From Octopus bimaculoides (taxonomy: Eukaryota): 34,629 nt of DNA. The notes below the pieces were generated by a model, which saw only the letters and a program-made list of their open reading frames with translations, was not told the origin of the DNA and made no database searches. The DNA lies in NCBI RefSeq assembly GCF_001194135.2, contig NC_068997.1, forward strand, positions 35,587,639 through 35,622,267, in the 5' to 3' direction. This document shows positions 22,400-32,682 of this stretch, in pieces. Both the position numbers and the translations under genes were made by a program. The stretch's first letter is position 1. Each line of letters opens with the position of its first letter.

Positions 22400-22880
22400 T
22401 AAATGAGAATTTACAAAAAAAACAAAAAACAAAGATGGGTGTGTAAACAACAAACAGGAAGTGAGAAAGTCTTTTACGTTTCGAGCCTATGCTCTTCGAC
22501 AGAAAGGAACACAGAGACAAACAGGGAGGTGCCAGGGTGTACCCTCAAGATCCAAAGTGAGTAGAAGTAGGAGAACAAGGTGTGTGGATGGGTAAAGGTT
22601 GCAACAGTATATGAGAAAGTGAGAGATGATTAGGGACGGAGAATAGGTGAGAGTGAATATAATGAAGAATAAATGTTGAGGAATAAGCAGAGGAGGTAGG
22701 GAAGAGTAGGCGACAACTGCAGAAGTTGGATAAGGCTGAGTGGTGGATAAGGATGGCCAATGATATGGGTTGGGGAGGTAGAGGAGGGGAGATTACTGAC
22801 AGTGGAGCGGAAAAAGGGGAAGTGAAGAGCACCAGAAGAGTAATAATGAGAGAGAGAGAGAGAGAGGGGGGGGGGTTAAA
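22400..22880 (-). mobile_element. Penelope-like 3' insertion with a 14-bp flanking duplication
   Basis: AAATATATTTACTA at 22386-22399 and 22881-22894. Pyrimidine-rich minus strand, hammerhead-like motif at 22471-22506, and (AG)n/G-run at the truncated end. Confidence 0.7.
22471..22506 (-). ncRNA. Minimal type-I hammerhead-like motif with a non-consensus core (CUGUCGA)
   Basis: CTTT-CTGTCGA-A-GAGC(ATAG)GCTC-GAAAC-GTA-AAAG: stem I 4 bp, stem II 4 bp, palindromic ACGT stem III, GUA triplet. A6 is replaced by U. Confidence 0.55.
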
Positions 22881-23074
22881 AAATATATTTACTACTCAGT
22901 AAATTACATATGCAATACTTTTCAATTCCCTGTCTTGTAATTTTATAATCTAATATTAGTAGTCAATAACCAACCTGAAAAAGTGATGTTCCTGAAATAT
23001 AAGTAAAATGAAATAGAGAAAAATTTTGCAATATTAAGTTACTTATTAAAATGAATTTGGTGGTGGTGGTTTAC

Positions 23075-23211
23075 CAAGTAATCTTTTATGATATGCATCA
23101 ACAAAATGGCAGGCCAACTCTCTAGCTTCATATGTCAAACGATGCTGTAATGTTTGTAAATGTTGACTCATAGGATAACCCCAGCTGGCATTATTAGATA
23201 ATGAACAATTG
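23075..23211 (-). CDS. METTL25B: METTL25B exon (137 bp, NCSLSNNASWGYPMSQ...ARELACHFVDAYHKRLL)
   Basis: Long T-tract and aatAG acceptor at 23212-23213; donor G|GTAAAC at 23074. Phases 2 and 1 fit the neighbouring exons. GYPxS and RExACH are family motifs. Confidence 0.92.
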
Positions 23212-23447
23212 CTATTGAAAAAAAAGAGAAACAAAAAAAAAAAACAATAATTACTGTTTGATAAAATACTAAACAATGGCAAAAAGTTTAGATTTTCTGA
23301 AGAGAACAAAGTAAAAGTCACAAACTGTTTTGTGTTTAATAATGTAAATTAAAGAGATTTTGCTATTCTATGAAAGAAAAATGTAATAATAAAAATTGAA
23401 ACTTTATTTACATTTGATGGATATTTGTCCACATCTTGTTTGTTGTT

Positions 23448-23493
23448 AACACAACGTTTCGGCTGATATACCCTCCTGCCTTCATCAGGTGTC
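23448..23493 (-). ncRNA. Minimal type-I hammerhead ribozyme motif, left arm (same strand as the host pre-mRNA)
   Basis: GACAC-CTGATGA-A-GGCAG(loop)CAGCC-GAAAC-GTT-GTGTT. Core and AACGTT palindrome are intact; one A.A mismatch in stem II. Confidence 0.7.
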
Positions 23494-23713
23494 TTGGGGA
23501 AATTTTGAACCTGGGTTCTCATTCCTAAGGTATTTGATGATATTATTATTATTAAGGTCACTGCCTGGAATCAAACTCGGAATCTTGGGGTTAATAGCCC
23601 GCACCTTTAACTCCAAGGTTCCGAGTTCGATTCCAAGCAGTGACCTGAATAATTATAATAATAACATTGAAAAATACCTTGGGAATGAGAATCCAGATTC
23701 GAAATTTCCCCAA

Positions 23714-23759
23714 GACACCTGATGAAGGCTGGAGGGTATATCAGCCGAAACATTGTGTT
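23714..23759 (+). ncRNA. Minimal type-I hammerhead ribozyme motif, right arm
   Basis: GACAC-CTGATGA-A-GGCTG(loop)CAGCC-GAAAC-ATT-GTGTT. Stem II is perfect; G>A at 23752 breaks the stem III pair. Confidence 0.7.
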
Positions 23760-24480
23760 AACAACAAACAAGATGTGGACAAAATATCCGTCAAATGTAA
23801 ATAATGTACATAATTCCTCATCTCTTAAATATAGAACTGTAAAACTGAAACTATTCACAAATAATAAAAGTACAGGAATCCATCATTTGATGGAGAGCAG
23901 AATTAAATTATATATTGGTGGAATATTAAAATTTCTTTCAATCAGTGCACTTCAAGATCCAATGTAAGATTTTTTCTCACATTAGAATAAGCTATTATAT
24001 TAGAATAAACTGTAATTTTCTAAAATTTGCATTGTCAAAGCCCCAAAATTACAATCCCATTAGGTTCTGAAATTACAACTGGTTATGGTATAGAAGTATG
24101 GGTGACATGAAAAGATATTTCAAATGAATGCAGAGCCCAACACTGCAATGATAGACTACTTCAAGGCATATTGAGAGTCATACAAAAATGAAGAAATATC
24201 AAGGGAATAGAATGAATATTCAAAAAAGTTATTATTCTAATGCACAATAGATGTGGCAGCAGTACTTTAATTCAGTTTGTGAACAATTCCATTAAATTCT
24301 AGAATGATCAAGCTAACAAGTGTAAAAGTACAGGCAAATATGTAAATTCCGGTTATCTTAATATTTTACAATAACATTGCCTAATACATTTGAACAATAC
24401 TCCTTCAGTCAATATTTTATATAACTTTTATAATATTCTTTTTATAAAAAGACTGGTACTCAAATTACAGGCAAGATTTT

Positions 24481-24781
24481 TGATCTAATGGACGTCCAGA
24501 AGATCATCATTGACATATTCCACAAGGAAGAAAAGACTGAAGATTATTGTGTTGAAGCATCTCTTTGTAATGTTTGAATGAGCAAGGTATGGCAAAAATA
24601 AGTACATCAATAAGGAGTTTTTGCTTTTTTTTAGTTGATGTTTTATTATGTTTGAGACTAAGAGACATCTATTATGATAGGCATGTAGTATTGAAGACTG
24701 TTCATAGTTTTATTACTAGAGTATCAACACAACATCAGTATGAATAAACATGTACAATATATTATTCACATACATTTACTA
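24481..24781. repeat. Diverged direct copy of 22247-22399, with about 155 extra internal bp
   Basis: Shared blocks TGATCTAATGG...ATATTCCACAAGG and TATTGAAGACTGTTCATAGTTTTATTACTAGAGTA...CATGTACAATATATT. Confidence 0.85.
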
Positions 24782-25539
24782 TTGCTATCAAATTAGGACT
24801 AATGAAGAATTTTTCAGCTACTTGGGAAAACAATGAAACCAATTAGTTCCATTGTTACTTATGTAGCATGTTTCTCTCTCTCTCTGTTATATATACATGG
24901 ATACGGATGTAGTGGATAACAGCTAACCTTCGGCTGCACTTTTGGACTCTGTTGTGTCCACCATTCTGATTGTCTCTTGTTCTATTGCGTGCCAAGATGC
25001 AACCCAACCAGCCTTCAGATAAGGTCACGTGAGACAGTCTTTTCTGAACCCCAGTTGAGCTGACAGAATGATATAAATAGCTAGCTTTTCACTGTCACAG
25101 TTTTGTCAGTCCTTTCAGCTCCACACCTACTGAGGGCTAGCTGCTGGCCACAGAGCACACAGCCAGTTCCAGTGATGACAACAGCAGCTTCATGGAGATT
25201 CAACATTCGACCAACAGCTTACTGCAAACTCTATCTTCGTCGCTACCATCATCTTCTTGACTACACCAATTTCTCAATGTACACATCACCAACAGCACTC
25301 GTACAGCTTCTTTCAACACTGTTTGTGAATTGTTTCACCATGGTTAACAGCGAATACAACCTGCGAGAATTCCTGTACCAAGTAACCGGCAGCAGCATTG
25401 ACGCCACAACTTCTTATGCGACATTACCTCTCCTTGGCTCTGCATTGCCACCACAACTTCTTGTGAAATATGTTTTTTTGAATACTTCCATGATTATTCA
25501 GGTGAATGTATGAACAGTGATATCTATGCTAGTAATTAT

Positions 25540-26090
25540 GGTGTTAGCATCAGATGTAGTGTGCAAGAGAGAAGACTGCACTGGTATGGCCATGTAATGT
25601 GTATGAATGAGGACAGTTGCATCCAGAGGTGCTGATCTCTAATTGTAGAGGGAACATGTAGAAGGGGTAGAATCAGGAAGACGTGAGATGAAGTAGGGAG
25701 AAAGGATCTACAAACATTGGGATTCATAGAGGGGATGACAGAGGACAGAGACACCTGATGGTTTGCTGAGCTTGAACAGACCTATCAAACCAAGTAGAAG
25801 CATGGTTGCCCTTGCATATATGCTCATCTCTTGCAACCCTCTCCAGTTAAGCATCCCTAATCTTACAGGCTTGTGAGTGCTGGTGCCATGTAAAAAGCAC
25901 TCATACTGGTGCTGCGTAAAAGCATCCAGTACACTCTGTAAAGTGGTTGGAGTTAGGAAGGGCATCGAACTGTAGAAATCATGCCAAAACAGATATGGAG
26001 CCTGAACAGCCCTTCAGCTAGTCAGCTCCTGTAAAACCGTTCAACCCATACCAGCACAGAAAATGGACGTTAAATGATGATGATGATGAA
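25540..26090 (+). mobile_element. RTE LINE 3' end (C-terminal coding region, 3' UTR and (TGA)n tail)
   Basis: QERRLHWYGHVMCM...RGRIRKT* matches RLRWxGHV...RGRPxKTW. The tail ...GGACGTTAAATGATGATGATGATG matches 34432-34629 inverted. Confidence 0.88.
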
Positions 26091-26765
26091 TTCGACAAAT
26101 TGTAATTCTATTTCAGACTGTTTTGATGCTTGTTGAAATGTTGTTTGTTCATTGGTATATAAGTGAAATATAATGTTGAGCAGGTGGTCAAGAGACAGGA
26201 ATGAATTGAGAACTGTTTTGTCATGTGGTTATGAGAATTAAGTGGAACAGAAAGTGATGTGTTCAGAGAAGCTATTGCAGTTAACTTTGTGTGATATGAG
26301 GATGTGTTGGTATGAGATGTAAAGGAAATTTATTCTGAAATAATGAGCAAGAGAATTAGACTTTGTGGTATTGTATTTGAGAAACAACAATTTTGTTTGG
26401 TTTAACTGTACATTGCATAAACTTGGAGAATTGAGAGGTAGTTAGACAGTTACACTTTTTGTGCTATTTCTTGAAGTTTTTAGAATTCTGTTATTGGGTA
26501 GGCAGAAAATAATAGAGTGTAAGTAACAGAGTGATAAAGAAAATAACATATACACACCAAAAAACCTACATTTTCACTTATTATCAAAAGAGTTACTATT
26601 TTGTATTTTTTTTCTCATGCTATCTGTATTGGTTTTTGTATATAGTCTTTTGTTGTGTGAGTTGTAATTTCCTCCAATGATAATATTTTGAAGTGTACTG
26701 AGGTGATGTAGCTGGAATGAGTAACCTGAAGGGACAATTAGTAATATTGGTCATAGTATGTACAT

Positions 26766-26829
26766 CACAAGCATGCAATCCTCACAAAACAAGTTGATCT
26801 GCAAAGATGCTTGCCTCTCTCAACATTAT
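26766..26829 (-). pseudogene. Degenerate intronic duplicate of METTL25B exon segment 28700-28763
   Basis: 41/48 nt identical without gaps. Reads IMLREASIFADQLVL*GLHAC against LILKKPSVFANQLVLCGLHAC. Confidence 0.85.
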
Positions 26830-28599
26830 TATAATATAATTCTGTTTGTTCCAGCAGTCTGACTGTTATGTCCATGTGTTACACCAAAGGAGGTAATAAC
26901 TTCAATACAGAAAGATATATATAGAAAGAGAAAAAGGGAGAAGGTCTATGTTATTCTACATTTGTGCCTTCAAATCATAGGCACAATCGAAGTGTTTAAT
27001 ATAACGAAACAATATCATGAAGATCTAAAAATTTATGCATCAAAAGATATATTAATAACAAATTAAAGTCAAATAATCTTAGTTAGCAAAGAGCTGTAGA
27101 TGTTACAATTTTATATTTTATGTGTTCCAGACCAAAGGCTGCAGCCATGCTGGGGCACCAGTTATCTTTTCTTTGTCATTAAGTTTAAATGCTTATCGGT
27201 TTTATGAGAGTAGACAGATACATACATCAACAGACAGGAAATGAGAGGATGAATAAAAGAGTGAATGAATGGATGGGTGGTAGGTAGATACACAGAGAAG
27301 TCTACAGATATATCGATAGATATGCAGAGCAAGAGAGAGAGAGAGAGAGATCTATTAATAGATATACAAATAAATAAGCAGCTGAACTGAGATGAAATGA
27401 AATGAAAAGAAATGAAAATAATCTCAAATGGTAAATAACTTGGAGTGACTCTTGGTGGTGGCTGGACAGCAAAAGGATTTCAGATGAATATTTTGAAATT
27501 TCTTGCTTGTGTTTAATATTGACATATTTTCAAACATGCTGACTTACATCATGAAATTTCTACAGGTCCTGCTGGTATTTATTATGCTAACATTTTTTGT
27601 GTTGCTAGTTTTCTATTTTAAATGCTAGTATTTTTTTTCTCTTGTTGACACCTAATTCTCTTTAGATGTTTCTTGTGATATCTATGAAAGAGATCATGGT
27701 CTTTATATATCTTATGTGTCTATTCATGTGGTCTGGTCCATCCTGCATATATTCTAGGAGCAGAGGGGTCCTGCATTAGATCATTTGGCTATATAAATGC
27801 TTTTAAGAGGTGGTGAATGCCTAATCATTTCACCAAAAGTATATTTAAAGATATTTGAATCAGTATTTCAACTATGGTCATTTTGGTTTCCAGTTATAGT
27901 CATCCTTTTTTTTTCTCACCCTAAGCCAGTAGAAAATGGTTTGGGGAGGATTTAGCTAGTATTACCAGCAAGTTGGCTCAACAAATAATTGTTAGAGAAC
28001 AGTGACACATTGACTGTGTTAGAGACAATGTAAAGATAGGGGATCTAAAGATAATCAGAAAATGGACCAATTGAAATGCAATAATGACTAAAAACAATAA
28101 TGAAATATAGAACTAATTAGTTTGGTAATTTTAATTATTAACTGTGTTTGGTAACCAACCTCCTTTACTAAACTCTGACAGACTAAAAATATTACATGCC
28201 AAATAAATGTTTGTTACTGCTGTAATCCCTACCAAAAACCACCAGGCATAGATATGTTGCATGCAACATGTATAAAGTAGTACATTGGGAAAATAGAAAA
28301 CAGAGCATACCAGATATGTTCAAGCAGTTACTTAATCAATTGGAGTTCCTCAACAACAATAAAATTATCAGGAAAAGCATAAATTACAGAAAGGTTAAAG
28401 CCAAAAGTTTCTGAAATCATATCTTGATTTGACTGTAATACATTACAATTTCAGTAATAGAAGCAGAAAACTGAAAAGAAATCTTAACTGTATTTGTAGA
28501 AAGAGATACTGATACCAAACTTGTAAAAATATTTAATTAATGATATATATTATCAATTAGAATAGCTTTGAAATGAAATATGATAATTATTTTCATTAC

Positions 28600-29231
28600 C
28601 TGGATGTAGAGAGCTTCATATAGCAACAACCAACAACAGCTAGTGCAGAAATATCTTGATTCTGGGTAAACATTTGAATCAGAGTGGTTGTTAAGTCCCC
28701 ACAGGCATGCAATCCACACAAAACAAGCTGATTGGCAAAGACACTTGGTTTTTTCAGTATTAATTTCTCATCAAATAAATTGAGAGAATTTGAAGATTTA
28801 GTGCAAAATCTTACAGAATTTTCTTTAAATGTTGTCACTGAGTGGCTCAAGTTAGATTCTGAACATGTTCTCCGGATTTGCCTGTAATTTGAAGACTGTT
28901 TGTAAGGTGATGGTAAAATATCTTTTTCTTTCATACTTCCATAATTTAAATGAAAATTGACAGTACTGTTTTCTTTTGAGGTGTAATGTTCTCCAGAATT
29001 AGTGTTGCTTAAACAAAAAGGCTGAAAAGTATCAAATAAATTAACTTTTTGACTGGAATCAAATTCACAAGTTCTTGGCATTTTTAGCATTTCCAGGAAA
29101 TCTTTTGGAGAAATATTATTAACAACTTGATGAATCACATGGTAAGGTAGTGATGTAGCATGATTTGACGTATCATTTAGATTAAGATTGGTTTTCTTTT
29201 CTGTTGTGTTATAACAAATGGTACCTTCAGA
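28600..29231 (-). CDS. METTL25B: METTL25B/RRNAD1-like methyltransferase, large exon (632 bp) with LCGLHACGDL and VGCCYMKL motifs
   Basis: Polypyrimidine tract and aacAG acceptor at 29232-29233; open frame SEGTIC...KLSTS; donor AG|GTAATG at 28599. LHACGDL and GCCYMKL are the METTL25B/RRNAD1 versions of these motifs (METTL25 has LHTCGDL and GCCYHLL, from recall). Confidence 0.93.
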
Positions 29232-29399
29232 CTGTTAATAAAAATAAAAGAGGATTTAGAAATAGGCTCATGTGAAATACTATTTCTGATGAGTCTATTT
29301 TATAAGATAAAAGAAAACATGCCAATAGTAATGGCATACACAACAAAAGGATTGGTTGTTTTTTTCTTCTGTTTTTATGCATGGTAGGTGACAAAAGAC

Positions 29400-29530
29400 T
29401 ACAGCAGGTTGCAAGACAAAGGACTGTGGTGGGTTGTGAAGTGTGGGAATGCAGTCAGTGGCAAAGCATAAAGATTTGTCCAACTCTTGCCAACATGGAA
29501 AAACCAATGTAAAATGATGGTGATGATGAG
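29400..29530 (+). mobile_element. Degenerate RTE-type 3' tail
   Basis: CTTGCCAACATGGAAAAACCAATGTAAAATGATGGTGATGATG resembles the tail at 26050-26090. Confidence 0.5.
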
Positions 29531-30200
29531 CTCATTTCATGTATGAAACATGAATCCAGTTTCATACCAACTTCAATTAACAAGGTTTAACTCTAATCAT
29601 TAAACTACTTTTTTGATCAGGTCACTTAAATATAGAAGAAAATGAAAAAATGAAAACAAAAACTAAAATTAATGGGAGCAAATGTATTTATGGTGGATTA
29701 TAGCAGCTAAATTAACTTCTTAGGATGATGTTTTTTTCAATTAATACTGGCTACACAGGTGAAACAAAAAATATTTACTCTAGAGCTTATGACTTAATAT
29801 CTTCTTACAAATAATGACTACTACAATACTATAAATTGGTGATTTAAAAAGACAAAAAGCAATTATATATATTTCTTGGTACCCTTACCTTTATAATTTA
29901 ACTCATGATTATTCATGCAGTCTATTGGTAGAGGAGTACCTACCTCTTATCCCCCTACTACCATCCTCATCACTCCACCTCTCCTACTCATTTCAAGAAC
30001 AATGTATAGAGAAACCATTGTGCCAATTCACTCTCCCTTCACCCTCACCTCATCTACTTCCAATCATTTCATTCACTCTGCTTGCCATTACACTGGCTCC
30101 TTTTCACCGACACATCCTAGCTCTTCCCCTGTCACTACTCTACCTTCTGGGTCATACTGCCTTCAATCATTGCTTTTTCCTCTTGGTCACTTTAGTTTAA

Positions 30201-30416
30201 CCCTTTAGCATTCAAACCAGCCATATGTAGCTAAAATATTTAACATGTTTTATGTTAAAACTAACCTGATCTGGCTTCTCCCCACAACCCTACAATTTCA
30301 TTCTAAAACTAAACAATCACATCATTGAAATCTTAAAATTATGAGATAATGCATGATTAATTCAAAACAATATAAACAAACATTACATTGGATAGAATAA
30401 TCTGAATACCAATGGC
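30201..30416. mobile_element. piggyBac-type MITE (TTAA CCC end), right end decayed
   Basis: TTAA|CCCTTTAGCATTCA at the left end. The right end TGAATACCAATGGC|ATAA is a decayed inverse (expected TGAATGCTAAAGGG|TTAA). Confidence 0.7.
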
Positions 30417-31489
30417 ATAACTGTACCTACATGTAGCAGAATATTGAGTACTCCTATCAGTTATCCCTTTCATGACTTATCGCTATCTTTCATGCTTCTA
30501 TCAGATGATCATGTAGGTTTCTATGTAAAGAGATTGGGGAGTGAGTGGAGACATGGAATCAATACATGGCTACCTTTAAGGTGTTAGTGCTACAAAAAAG
30601 TGCACCCAGTACATTCTGTAAAATGTAAGATTGAGAGGACTCTTCAGTCTTGCTTACAACATGACATAGCTAAAAACTGAAACTGACATGGGAAATGAGG
30701 ATCCCCTGGCTCATCTAGCTGAGTAGCTCCCTCAAATATGTGCTGATTCCAATTGTAGGAGAGCAACCAACCCATACCAGCATGGATAGTGAACATAAAA
30801 TGATGATCTACAAACATACACACGTAAATACACACTATAATTTTTAGTGCATTATGGGATGATATACCAATACACCTTTCTCCATAAACAGACATGACAA
30901 CTCTTCAATACACCTCTCTAATTAACATCATGGGGACAGCCCCACCCCCAATCAATTGGCAAACTCTTCCCCAGTCCTCCTTATATCGATGGCAACATAT
31001 GAATGAAACGTGGTCTTCAAAAGTCCTGTTGTAAGGCTGTAGCTTCAAATAAGAACTGAAGGTGGAAGGGACTCATTAGTCCTGCAACAGATAGATTGTC
31101 TAGTACCAATGGCATGATAAAACACAATACAGACTTTAAATGGTTATTCATAGAAAGAGAAATCATTCCATAAAATGGAACATATGCAGAAGATTTGGAT
31201 TTTGCCAGCTGCATTATAGGTTAGCCATCTAGGAAGGTAGTGACTCCAAATATGGACTGATACAGGACAGAAAGGACTTGTTATTCTAGCTGAAGACAAC
31301 TTCTGTAGTGCGAGTAGAGTGATAAAATGCACCTAGTTCACATTAGAAAATATACACAACAATAATAAAGTTAGCCAGTTTTCTCAGTTGCTGTGTGTGA
31401 ATTGACGAAACACTAAGAAACCCATTCTATGCATACAGCATGGAAAAGTGGACAGAAAATGATGGTGATGATACCAATATATATATAAT

Positions 31490-31730
31490 ATGGATTTGGT
31501 AAATGGAAAATGAAAGAAGCCTGTCGTGTGTGTGTGTCTAAGTATGTATGTGTTTTCCCCACCATCACCACTTGACAACCAATGTTGGTGTGTTTACACC
31601 CCCATAACTTAGCAGTTTGACAAAAATAACACCGGGCTTAAGATATGTAACTCTTGGGGTCAAAAACCGTCTTGAAGACAGTCTCCGGCATGGTCACAGT
31701 CAAATGACTAAAACAAGTAAAAGAATAAAG
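31490..31730 (+). mobile_element. 5'-truncated SINE of the 33652 family
   Basis: GGATTTGGTAAATGGAAAATGAAAGAAGCC...ATAACTTAGCAG...CAGTCAAATGACTAAAACAAGTAAAAGA. Confidence 0.8.
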
Positions 31731-32682
31731 GCATAATATGACAAGTTTTTTATCCCTGTACAGTTGTGTGTTCACTATTTGTTTTTTTTTAAGACACAAA
31801 GTGAAAGTGCTGTAACCAATAAAACTATTTTCTAAAGATTCATTAATTCTAAAATGACTACCTCAGGGAACTATCTTGAGGCCATTAATATTTGTAATAG
31901 CACCCTGTTATAAGAACTGATACTCTCACTCACTATATTGATGATATTAAACACCAAAAGCAATGAAAAATCTTGTAGATGTCAATACTCTATACAAGCA
32001 GCTGATGAAAACAACAGAAAATTTAATGCCAGAAACCTTTAAGCAATTCACTATCTACTTTCTAAGATATTGTAACCAAGATTGACAGAACCAAGAGAAA
32101 TTGCAATTCCTAAATTGAATTAAATGAATAATGGATACATCATTTTAAGTGCATCGTTATCAAGATGACAACAACATGCAGATGACTAGCAGGATGAATT
32201 CTGAAAACATTTAGATCAAGTGAATAAATGTTGGGCCTGTTAAAGACATTTGTACGCAGTTGTTTGGAGTACTACTTTCAACTATGGTTGTCATTTAGTA
32301 TCAAGCTTACTGTGAAACTCAAAACAATCCACTACTCCCACACCAAGAAAATTACCTTTATACAACAGATGACTGACAGGGTGTGAAAGTGTTGAGACTC
32401 ATGATGCAAGTCACAGGGAATATTATTTTTCACCTTACCTTTTGTTTGTGAGTGAATTAAGCTCTCAAATAATGTTGGGAAATCGTTGTTCATAACAAAA
32501 ATGTATTCATTTGGTTAGTTTTCTCAATTATAATTTATATGTATTAACATAGTTGTAAAGCTGGGTGATAACTATACATGTTCTGACACTGGTTTCTCTA
32601 TGCTATACAGCAAACCTTGAGGCCATGAAATTTAGAGTTTCCCAGGATTGACATCTTCGTTTTTCTATTTTGAAGTATTATA

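Larger units (their letters stand above)
23404..23804. repeat. Long inverted repeat: arms 23404-23594 and 23607-23804 with a 12-nt spacer
   Basis: The arms are reverse complements along their whole length, with scattered mismatches and small indels. Confidence 0.95.

Noticed and set aside
26090-26760. Further extension of the duplicated exon below 26766
   Set aside because: Only a 10-bp match (GTGATGTAGC) and short AT-rich open frames; no collinear alignment by eye.
29915-30196. Overlapping Pro/Ser/Leu-rich ORFs
   Set aside because: Pyrimidine-rich tract with few possible stops; probably a decayed Penelope-like tail, but I could not support a specific call.
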